From positions 1 to 50,263 of the forward strand of contig CAZXTJ010000001.1 in the NCBI GenBank assembly GCA_964643655.1: a stretch of 50,263 nucleotides of DNA. The letters are read 5' to 3'. Positions 25,078 through 33,006 of the stretch are shown here, in pieces (within the stretch, counting starts at the first letter, position 1; the number at the start of each line of letters is the position of its first letter). The position numbers were made by a program, and so were the translations under genes. Below the pieces are notes generated by a model. It was not told the origin of the DNA. It did no database searches and saw nothing but the letters and a program-made list of their open reading frames with translations. The DNA comes from an uncultured bacterium (lineage in GTDB: Bacteria; Muiribacteriota; UBA6191; CAZXTJ01).

Positions 25078-28000
25078 GTGGGGCAGACGATGAGTCAGGA
25101 TAATAAACAACTGCAAAAGTACGACATTATCAAAGAATTGGGCCACGGTGGAATGGGGCGGGTCTACCAGGCTAAAGATACTGTCGATGACAAAATAGTA
25201 GCCATTAAAAAACTCACCTCTCGCCTCGTTGTATCTCCCAAAGCAGTATTGCTCATGCGAAACGAGTTTCGCACGATGACTCAGTTGAGTCATCCCAATG
25301 CAGTGCAGGTTTACGATTATGGCATTGATGAAGATGTTCCTTATTACGTAATGGAATACATTGAGGGACAGGATCTCAATGATGTGGACAATCCATCTGT
25401 TGAGCAGATTGTCGATGTATTGATTCAGCTGTGTCAGGTGCTCTCATATTTTCATTCACGTAACTTAGTGCACAGAGATTTGAAACCAGGCAACGTGAAA
25501 GTCCTGGCTGATGGCTCTATCAAAGTCATTGATTATGGTTTGATGACACAACTAGGTGTCCCTGCCTCTGGTCGGATTACGGGAACTTGCGAATATCTAG
25601 CTCCTGAAGCCATTTCAGGTGGCATTATTGATGAACGCACTGACCTGTATGCTCTCGGTATCTTGGCTTATGAAATGTTGACCGGCAAACTGCCTTTTAC
25701 GGGAACACGCTTAGAGGTCTTGCGCAGCCAACTGAAGACTATGCCAGCGCCCCCTCGCTCAATCAAGGCAGCCATTCCCGAAACTCTCAGCGACATCGTA
25801 ATGAAACTACTGGCCAAAGATCCGGAAGAACGGTATCGCGATGGAGCTTCTGTAATTGAGGACATGGCGCACTTGACGACTCGTGAGCGAAGTGTTGAGA
25901 CAACGACTCAGCAACAGTCTTATCTCTATTCCAGTCGAATGATTGGACGAGATGAAGAGCTTGCATTGGGAACAAAACTCTTAGAAGACGGCAAAGGCGC
26001 TCTGCTCGTTGGAGCTCCTGGTGGCGTGGGTAAAACACGCTATATGCTTACTATTCGCACACAGGCTCTCATTGAAAACTGGCGTTCTGTAAAGGTTGAT
26101 GTACACGGAACAGCCCACTTCCTTTATGGATGGGTCCGTCAGCTCTATCGCCAATTAGAAGGTCTCTCCAGTGATGAACTGACCAAAAAACATGGCGAGG
26201 TTTTCTCGAAACTAGGTAAATGCGCTGACGGTGAAGTCACTGGTGCACTCGTCAGCTGGATACGTGAGCTGGGTAAAGAAGGAAAACTGGTTGTCTTTTC
26301 AGACGATATGCAATGGGCAGATGGCAAAAGCCTGCAGATTTTTAATGAGCTCGTTCGTCAGCTGAACAAAGAGCCCATTATTTTTGTGACTGCATTTCGT
26401 AACAACGAAGTTGGTCCAACATCGCCTTTGTGGCAGACAACTGAGGAAGGTGTCAGTCAATATCTCGAATTGGGTCCCTTGACCAAACAGCAAACAGGCG
26501 ACCTCATGGAACATCTCCTATTCCCAAGCAAACCCTCTGACGACTTTCTCGAGCAGTCCTTCAAAGCTAGCGGAGGAAACGCATTCGACCTCATTGAGTT
26601 TTTGCGTTATTTGGTTGCCACGGGAAATCTCACGCGATCTGGCAGGAAGTGGGAAGAGCCTGTCTCATTGTCTACACTGGACTTGCCTGCTGAGCAGAGC
26701 GAACGAGTAATCGCCAGGATATGCAAATTGGGAGAGGCTTCTCGTAAACTTGCTTCTGCAGCTTCAGTACTTGGTGAACAATTGGATTTGGCTCGCTGGC
26801 AGACTGTCACTGGAGTGGACGAAAGTGCACTCTTCGATGGAATTGCAGACTTGCTCAAAAACCAAGTAATGGTCAAAGTTGAAGGAACCTATGACTTTGC
26901 CCACTTCAAGCTGAGCGAAACAATCTACGATAACGTCGAAACAGAAAACCGGGCCAAACTCCATGGTTTGGTTGCAGATGCAATTTGTTCTGATGATGAA
27001 AAGGGGCTTCTACCAGTCATTGCTCGCCATTATGTGGCTGCTGGCATTAAAGACAAGGCAGTCACATATTCACTGGACGCAGCTCGTGAAGCCGAAGGTA
27101 CACAGGCTGAATGGGCTGCTTTTGATCACTATCGTGAGGCAGCCAAAATCTTGGAGAAAGAGGAAAACAAAGAGACAGAGCTCATTGAGATCTACGAAAA
27201 GGCTGCGGCATTTAATAGTGCTGCCTGGATTGATGCGCCAACTTCTTTCTCTTGGCTCTCTTCGGCCATTGGATATCATCTGAAAAAAGGAAATCCAGAC
27301 AAAGTCTTTGGTCTTTCTCTTTCACACATCGTTGCTGCGGCAATTTCATCTAACTACTCTGTTGCCCGCGAGAAAATCGACGAGGTCGTGAAAGCAAACG
27401 ACATCAAAGAAGGCACCCTCACTTGGGCCATACTCTTTGGTGCAGGTGTCTGTCTCGTCGACTGGTACGAAGGAAAACTGCACGACTGTTTTGACCACGC
27501 CGTCAAAGCAATCAATCTCTTCGAAGAGAACTTGGAAGAGATGCCTGCCGACATGTGGGGTGCATATGCCTGGTCACTCTTCTGGCGTGACAAAGCTCGA
27601 GCTTATCTGGGCGAACCAGTAGTAATGCAAAACATACAGCGTATCCGTGAATTGACCATGGAAGGTAAATCAGACCTTACCATCTATTGGCACACTCTCA
27701 CTGCTGTAGGTGCTCGTGCTGCATTTTCAGGTCGTTTTTGCGACGTTCAGCTATGGATGGATGAAGCGGCTCGCCTGTCGCGGAAGATGGGAAGAGTTTA
27801 TTGGTTCGAATGTTGGATTTCGCACTCCTATCTCTATGCAGCTCTGCACCGGGGAGAGTATGCGCAGATAGAACACCACATTGAAAGAGTTGCAGCCAGC
27901 CCTGATCCTTACCAAGTGCGTTTGGCACACTTGTTCCGCGGTCGATGGGATTTGGTCAATGAGCGTTATGAAGGTGCCATCGACCATCTAAACAAGTTCA

Positions 28001-28590
28001 TCGAGCTCGAGCAAAAGAGTCTCGACAACTCCTACTTGGAAGGACTCATCTACCTGGCCGATGCTCAGTTGCAGAAGGGCGATGGTGACAAAGCACTAGA
28101 GACAATCGAAAAAGGGAAAAAGGTTGCCTCTGGGGAGCTCTTTGGAACTCCACTACACTTGATGCAATTCCTCCACTTAGAAGCAAAACACAAAGTGTCC
28201 CTTGGCAAGAATGCAGAAGCCATCGAGATTCTTGCAGACTGCGTAGAACGTGCGAAAAAATTGGACAATCCAATTCAGGAGGCCTTTGCCTTGACGACCA
28301 TGGGTGGATTGCAGCGTGACGACGACAAAGATGAGGCTAGAACGAACTTGAGCAAAGCTCGTTCAATCTTTTTGGCTCTGAACAACAAACATCAGGCAGG
28401 AGTCGTGGCCAACTTGTTGGAACCACTCTCAAAAGTCGAGGTCAAGGAAGAGGAAACACCTGATAGTGTGAAAATGATGAGAACCACAGAAGTCGAGACA
28501 GCTGACGCGATTACTCTCTTCGACGAAGTCTTCGAGGCAGAAGAAGAGAAACCAGATGAGCGAAGGGATACGGAAGACGACTCTCTATGA
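25078..28590 (+). CDS. Ser/Thr protein kinase fused to a STAND/AAA NTPase and a TPR-like helical region
   Basis: 1170 aa. Motifs GHGGMGRVY, VAIKKL, HRDLKPGN, IDYG, APE. Walker A GAPGGVGKT and Walker B LVVFSDDMQWAD. The long helical C-terminus has TPR-like repeats. The start is GTG 25078 or ATG 25090. Confidence 0.85.
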   Translation: MGQTMSQDNKQLQKYDIIKELGHGGMGRVYQAKDTVDDKIVAIKKLTSRLVVSPKAVLLMRNEFRTMTQLSHPNAVQVYDYGIDEDVPYYVMEYIEGQDLNDVDNPSVEQIVDVLIQLCQVLSYFHSRNLVHRDLKPGNVKVLADGSIKVIDYGLMTQLGVPASGRITGTCEYLAPEAISGGIIDERTDLYALGILAYEMLTGKLPFTGTRLEVLRSQLKTMPAPPRSIKAAIPETLSDIVMKLLAKDPEERYRDGASVIEDMAHLTTRERSVETTTQQQSYLYSSRMIGRDEELALGTKLLEDGKGALLVGAPGGVGKTRYMLTIRTQALIENWRSVKVDVHGTAHFLYGWVRQLYRQLEGLSSDELTKKHGEVFSKLGKCADGEVTGALVSWIRELGKEGKLVVFSDDMQWADGKSLQIFNELVRQLNKEPIIFVTAFRNNEVGPTSPLWQTTEEGVSQYLELGPLTKQQTGDLMEHLLFPSKPSDDFLEQSFKASGGNAFDLIEFLRYLVATGNLTRSGRKWEEPVSLSTLDLPAEQSERVIARICKLGEASRKLASAASVLGEQLDLARWQTVTGVDESALFDGIADLLKNQVMVKVEGTYDFAHFKLSETIYDNVETENRAKLHGLVADAICSDDEKGLLPVIARHYVAAGIKDKAVTYSLDAAREAEGTQAEWAAFDHYREAAKILEKEENKETELIEIYEKAAAFNSAAWIDAPTSFSWLSSAIGYHLKKGNPDKVFGLSLSHIVAAAISSNYSVAREKIDEVVKANDIKEGTLTWAILFGAGVCLVDWYEGKLHDCFDHAVKAINLFEENLEEMPADMWGAYAWSLFWRDKARAYLGEPVVMQNIQRIRELTMEGKSDLTIYWHTLTAVGARAAFSGRFCDVQLWMDEAARLSRKMGRVYWFECWISHSYLYAALHRGEYAQIEHHIERVAASPDPYQVRLAHLFRGRWDLVNERYEGAIDHLNKFIELEQKSLDNSYLEGLIYLADAQLQKGDGDKALETIEKGKKVASGELFGTPLHLMQFLHLEAKHKVSLGKNAEAIEILADCVERAKKLDNPIQEAFALTTMGGLQRDDDKDEARTNLSKARSIFLALNNKHQAGVVANLLEPLSKVEVKEEETPDSVKMMRTTEVETADAITLFDEVFEAEEEKPDERRDTEDDSL

Positions 28591-30974
28591 AGTTACTCGT
28601 CGAGATTGACGGCAACAGAATTGTCAGGCAAATAGAACTGACCAAATCTCGTTACACCTTGGGCCGAGATGCTGAGTGTGACATTGTCTTTGAAACGGGC
28701 AAAGTTTCTCGTCAGCATGCTGAACTAGTTCTGCGTGGCGATGCTTATTCTATCAGCGATAACTCGTCGAGAAATCATGTCTATGTCAACGGAGAGCAAG
28801 TAAAAGAAAGAAGACTCACATCTGGAGATGTGATCAATATCTCCCGAAAGGTCTCTTTGCTTTTTATTGCCGAAAGCGACACGGGCAATGCAGTCAATCG
28901 TATGGTGGATAAGCTTTGGGACGTGGTCAATAAAAAGGACTTGTTACGCCTGAAAGAAGTTACAGGGCGTATCAGTGCTTTGGAGAAACTAGACACCATC
29001 CTCCATGTCGTCTTGCGTGAGGCAATCAGGTTTGTTGGTGCAGAACGAGGTTTCATCGCTTTGACTGACGCTTCGGGACAACTCAGTGCAAACGCCTTCG
29101 TTACACAGGCCATGCCTTTTGACGACGAACAGGGATTTCGTCAGTTTGTCTCCAGTTCTGCTGTAGAAAGAGTCATATCATCTCGTGAGCCAGTAATTAT
29201 CGAGAACACGAGTGACATAAGCGCAGAATCGGTAACCAGAAGTGTCCTGGAGTTGTCACTTGGTTCCATCCTCTGTTTTCCTCTGCTCTTCAATGATGTG
29301 TTGGTAGGTGTGTTGTATGTAGATTCACCACTGGCACTGAGTTTGGTTGCAGACATGGATCCTTTCTATTTCAGTATTCTGACTGACCAAGCTGCAATTG
29401 CCATCGAGAATGCGAAACTCTTCGAAAGACTGGAAGGAAAGGTTCAGGCAACTGAACATCGCTATCAGCAATTGGTTGACCTTTCGCCAGATGCAGTATT
29501 TTTGCAAGTAAATAAGAAGATAGTCTTTGCCAATCCTGCTGCCCTGCAGTTGTTGAAGGCTAACTCCATTTCTCAGGTAGTAGGTCTCGAGGTCGATAAG
29601 CTATTCGTTGGTGAAAATGCTGAAGAGGTCAATGCTTGCCTCGTGGGGCGGGCTGACTGCTCTTATTACACCTATTTGCAGCGTACGGATCAAAGTACAG
29701 TCGAAGTTGAGTTGTTATCCAAGGCGGTGGTTTTTAATGCTGAGCCTAGTGTGCTGATTATTGCACGTGACATCACGAGGCGACGTCTCATTGAGCGAGA
29801 GATGTTAAAAGCACAGAAATTGGATTCAATTTCCACTTTGGCTGGTGGATTGGCCCATGACTTCAATAACTTGCTCACGGCTGTAATGGGGAACATTGCC
29901 GTTGCTGCCTTGAAACTCAAAGAAGGTAAAGTCAAGGAGGTAGGTTCAATTCTTGGAAAATCTGAGCTAGCCTGTTTTCAAGCTCAAGATTTGACACACC
30001 AACTGCTTACCTTTGCTCGCGGTGGTGAACCCATTCGTGAAGCTGTTTCAATGAGGGATTTGCTAGAGGACACTATTCCATTCGTTCTTCGAGGAACGAA
30101 GGTAAAGTGTACTTTGGATTTACCCAAAGATCAGTTGGTAGCAGAAGTAGATAAAGGCCAATTAGTTCAGGTCCTCAACAACATAGCCATCAATGCCGTA
30201 CAAGCCATGCCTGTTGGTGGTAACTTCACAGTTACAGCGAAAAGCACCAAGGTCGCTGGCGACAATCCCTTGAGTTTGTCTGCCGGAGAGTATGTTCACA
30301 TTTCTCTAGCTGATGAAGGGGCAGGTATTCCCAAGCAGTTTCTTACCAAAATTTTCGATCCCTACTTTACGACGAAACAGCAAGGAAGCGGTTTGGGACT
30401 GGCCACTGCCTACTCCATCATGAAACGTCACGATGGTTCTGTCTCAGCAGAGTCTTCGGCCGATGGCACTACCTTTCATCTTTACCTACCTGCTTCCGAC
30501 GAGATAATCCCAGAGAAAAAGGAAGTTGCCGTTTCTTACTCTTTTGAAGGTGGGAGAGTCTTGGTAATGGATGATGAACCTTCTGTCATTGAGGTAGCTA
30601 CGGCGATGCTGACAGTAATGGGATTCCAAGTAGATCCTGCCGCTGATGGTGAAGAGGCATTGAAACGCTACAGGAAAGCCAAGGAAGAGGGAGAACCTTA
30701 TCTCGCCGTAATCATGGATTTGACCATTCCTGGTGGAATGGGCGGAGCAGAGACAATCAAAGAACTGCTCAAGTATGATCCGAAGGCCCGTGCCATTGTA
30801 TCTAGTGGTTATTCAAACGATGCAGTCATGGCCAACTACAAGAGTCACGGTTTTGTCGGTGTCATGGAGAAACCCTACAATCTTTCGCGTTTGACTGTCG
30901 TACTCCAAAGAGCCTTGAGTGAAGAAAAAAAAGAGCCTGCACTAGGTGCAGGCGATCTAATAAATAATGCCTAA
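28587..30974 (+). CDS. Hybrid sensor histidine kinase: FHA-GAF-PAS-HisKA-HATPase-receiver
   Basis: 795 aa. The ATG overlaps the upstream TGA (ATGA). FHA (LGRDAECDIVF, SRQH). GAF (ERGFIALTD...VLYVDSP). PAS-like segment. H-box GGLAHDFNNLL. G-boxes DEGAGIP and GSGLGLA. Receiver (VLVMDDEP...VIMDLTIPG). Confidence 0.9.
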   Translation: MKLLVEIDGNRIVRQIELTKSRYTLGRDAECDIVFETGKVSRQHAELVLRGDAYSISDNSSRNHVYVNGEQVKERRLTSGDVINISRKVSLLFIAESDTGNAVNRMVDKLWDVVNKKDLLRLKEVTGRISALEKLDTILHVVLREAIRFVGAERGFIALTDASGQLSANAFVTQAMPFDDEQGFRQFVSSSAVERVISSREPVIIENTSDISAESVTRSVLELSLGSILCFPLLFNDVLVGVLYVDSPLALSLVADMDPFYFSILTDQAAIAIENAKLFERLEGKVQATEHRYQQLVDLSPDAVFLQVNKKIVFANPAALQLLKANSISQVVGLEVDKLFVGENAEEVNACLVGRADCSYYTYLQRTDQSTVEVELLSKAVVFNAEPSVLIIARDITRRRLIEREMLKAQKLDSISTLAGGLAHDFNNLLTAVMGNIAVAALKLKEGKVKEVGSILGKSELACFQAQDLTHQLLTFARGGEPIREAVSMRDLLEDTIPFVLRGTKVKCTLDLPKDQLVAEVDKGQLVQVLNNIAINAVQAMPVGGNFTVTAKSTKVAGDNPLSLSAGEYVHISLADEGAGIPKQFLTKIFDPYFTTKQQGSGLGLATAYSIMKRHDGSVSAESSADGTTFHLYLPASDEIIPEKKEVAVSYSFEGGRVLVMDDEPSVIEVATAMLTVMGFQVDPAADGEEALKRYRKAKEEGEPYLAVIMDLTIPGGMGGAETIKELLKYDPKARAIVSSGYSNDAVMANYKSHGFVGVMEKPYNLSRLTVVLQRALSEEKKEPALGAGDLINNA

Positions 30975-31170
30975 TAGGCGGTGGGTTGCGTTCGATTAAC
31001 ACAATGAAAATTTTGTGCCATTTTTTACATACACTATTCATCAGGGTTTACACGTCTGGGGAATAACATATGCCACAAAATAGGGCATGGGGTGTTACAC
31101 AACGGTGCAACAGGACATCAGACTCGTAGTAAAGTTGAAGCAACAGTAAAAACTCAAAAATGGAGTGAAC

Positions 31171-32379
31171 ATGTCAATGTTAGAGAGCTTGCCCATATTC
31201 AAGGGCTTGAACGAAACAACCTTGGGCAAAATTGATGATGCCTTGGACACTCGAACTTACGGGGACAATGTCGTCCTCTTCAATCAAGGTGATCCATCAG
31301 ATGCCTTTTATATCATTCAATCAGGTGGAGTTCGTGTTGTTTGTCAAACAGCCGGCGCTGAAAGAGAATTGGCTGTTTTAGGTGAAGGCGACTTTTTTGG
31401 TGAAATGGGTGTCATTGACAATGCCGCCCGTTCAGCAGCGTGCATAACTCAGGGTGATACAACATTGCTGGTCATTGAAAAAGACAACTTCTTACGAATG
31501 ATGGCCACCAATCCATCCATTTCTCGCCATGTCATGTCGGCTGTTGTCAAACGTACACAAGGTGGTTTGGCTGGTGTTCCTTCAGGGAGCGCACCTGATA
31601 AAGGTACCATTGTCGGTCTCTTTTCTGCCTCTGGTGGTGTGGGTACGACCTTCATTGCAGCTAACGTTGCTGGTGCCCTCAAAGCGTTAACAGGGAAGAA
31701 GATTCTCGTTGTTGATTTGGATTTGATGTTTGGTGATCAGGGAGTGATGTTTGATATAAAACCTGAACGCTCCATAGAGGATTTTGTTGGAGATCCCGAA
31801 GTTGACGAAGAGAAGCTACTGAAGACTGTAATGTCCACCAAGTCAGGCGTTTCTCTTCTGCAAGCACCTTCTCGTCCTGAAACAGCTGAAGCCCTCGAAG
31901 GTGGAATAATCATCACCATATTGGAGATGCTTCGTAACCATTTTGATTACATCATTTGTGACACCGCCCATGTCGTACAGGAATTCAATATCCATGTACT
32001 GGAACTCGTGCAGATACCAATCTATGTACTCACTCCAGACTTTTTCGGCTTGAAGAACTGCTCACGTTGGTACGATTTGATGAAAAAGATCCGTTTCCCT
32101 GTTAGTCGCATTGAGTTCCTCATTAATAAAGTGGAAGAAGAGGCTGATGATCACAGTGTGGAGTGGTTGGAAGAGAGATTTAATAAAAAACCAATCTCGC
32201 TTATTCCTTTTGACATGAAATGTGCAAAAGAATCCATCGATCATGGCGAACTCGTTGTCATAGATAGCCCTGATAGTGAGCTTTCAAATGGGCTAGAGCG
32301 GGTGGCCTGCGCCATTGCTGGAATTGAAGTACCAGAGGAAGAAGAGGATTCTTGGTGGAGCAAGTGGATACCACTATAG
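31171..32379 (+). CDS. Cyclic-nucleotide-binding domain fused to a TadZ/CpaE/ParA-like P-loop domain
   Basis: cNMP domain (FKGL...GDFFGEMGVIDNAARSAA). The MinD/ParA-like fold reads VGLFSASGGVGTTFIAANVA...ILVVDLDLMFGD, and the Walker A has no lysine. ATG 31171 follows GGAG (the track gives GTG 31165). Confidence 0.75.
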   Translation: MSMLESLPIFKGLNETTLGKIDDALDTRTYGDNVVLFNQGDPSDAFYIIQSGGVRVVCQTAGAERELAVLGEGDFFGEMGVIDNAARSAACITQGDTTLLVIEKDNFLRMMATNPSISRHVMSAVVKRTQGGLAGVPSGSAPDKGTIVGLFSASGGVGTTFIAANVAGALKALTGKKILVVDLDLMFGDQGVMFDIKPERSIEDFVGDPEVDEEKLLKTVMSTKSGVSLLQAPSRPETAEALEGGIIITILEMLRNHFDYIICDTAHVVQEFNIHVLELVQIPIYVLTPDFFGLKNCSRWYDLMKKIRFPVSRIEFLINKVEEEADDHSVEWLEERFNKKPISLIPFDMKCAKESIDHGELVVIDSPDSELSNGLERVACAIAGIEVPEEEEDSWWSKWIPL

Positions 32380-32874
32380 TCACTGCTTAGATGTTAGCTC
32401 GCCATAAAGTCCAGATAGCCAATTGCTTAACTGAGAGAGTTTACTTGCTTCTTGCACACGTACTCTTCTCTTTCTGGAGGCAACTTTTACACCCTTTTTG
32501 CCTAAATATGAGCGTAAAATAGCCTTTAGCTGGGCATCTGTGGCTGGTTTTTTACACGATGACTTCAATTTAGCCACCATTCGCTCGAGTTGTTCCTCGT
32601 TTATCTGCCTATTTCTGCGAATTTGTCTCGATTTTTGGGGTTTGTGTTGGTTTAGCCCTGCAGGATCGAAGATCCGATCATAACGATGCTCTACGTTCTT
32701 AACAGCTTTACGAAGTTCTCTCTGCAGGGCAGAGACCTTTTTCTTCTCAGCTTTGTCACCTTCTTTGGGTGTAATGCTGTTGATGAGATTGTCTAAAAAG
32801 CCCAAATCAGTTTGTGCAACACATTGTGCAGGCCAAATGGTTAGAAGCAGAGAAAAAGCAAGCAATCGCAACAT
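32380..32874 (-). CDS. Small basic secreted protein of unknown function
   Basis: I prefer ATG 32874, which has GGGGG 6 nt upstream. It gives the signal peptide MLRLLAFSLLLTIWPAQCVA/Q followed by a Lys/Arg-rich 140 aa. The alternative start at 33006 abuts the upstream stop but adds a Cys/Phe-rich 44 aa. That extension spans a hairpin and a sigma-54-like site. Confidence 0.55.
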   Translation of the reverse strand: MLRLLAFSLLLTIWPAQCVAQTDLGFLDNLINSITPKEGDKAEKKKVSALQRELRKAVKNVEHRYDRIFDPAGLNQHKPQKSRQIRRNRQINEEQLERMVAKLKSSCKKPATDAQLKAILRSYLGKKGVKVASRKRRVRVQEASKLSQLSNWLSGLYGELTSKQ

Positions 32875-32909
32875 AAAAAGCCCCCTATTGTTTGAACTGC
32901 TCATAAGCA

Positions 32910-32925
32910 AGCAATAAGGTTGCCG
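32910..32925 (-). promoter_or_regulatory. Sigma-54 (-24/-12) promoter candidate for 32380-32874
   Basis: The minus strand reads CGGCAACCTTATTGCT. GG-N10-GC spacing is exact and the -12 TTGCT is perfect. The -24 reads cGGCAa. The -12 C lies 36 nt upstream of ATG 32874. Confidence 0.45.
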
Positions 32926-32943
32926 TCCCTGAAAAAGCCTAAA

Positions 32944-32973
32944 ACAGAGACATTTCTTGAAAAACGTCTCTGT
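32944..32973 (-). terminator. Hairpin with T-rich tail downstream of the GspE-like ATPase gene
   Basis: ACAGAGAC-N14-GTCTCTGT is a perfect 8-bp stem. On the minus strand it is followed by TTTAGGCTTTTTC. It starts 34 nt after the stop at 33007. The loop is long for an intrinsic terminator. Confidence 0.4.
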
Positions 32974-33006
32974 TTTATAGTTTTCCGCAGCAGCGGAATG
33001 CTCCAT

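Noticed and set aside
30975-31164. GCGTTCGATTAAC, which resembles a tRNA T-arm, and the possibility of an ncRNA in the 190-nt gap.
   Set aside because: No acceptor, D or anticodon stems can be drawn around it, so I could not support an RNA gene. A weak AT-rich hairpin (CACAA-N8-TTGTG, about 31000-31017) followed by a T-tract (31021-31026) is too weak to call as a terminator.
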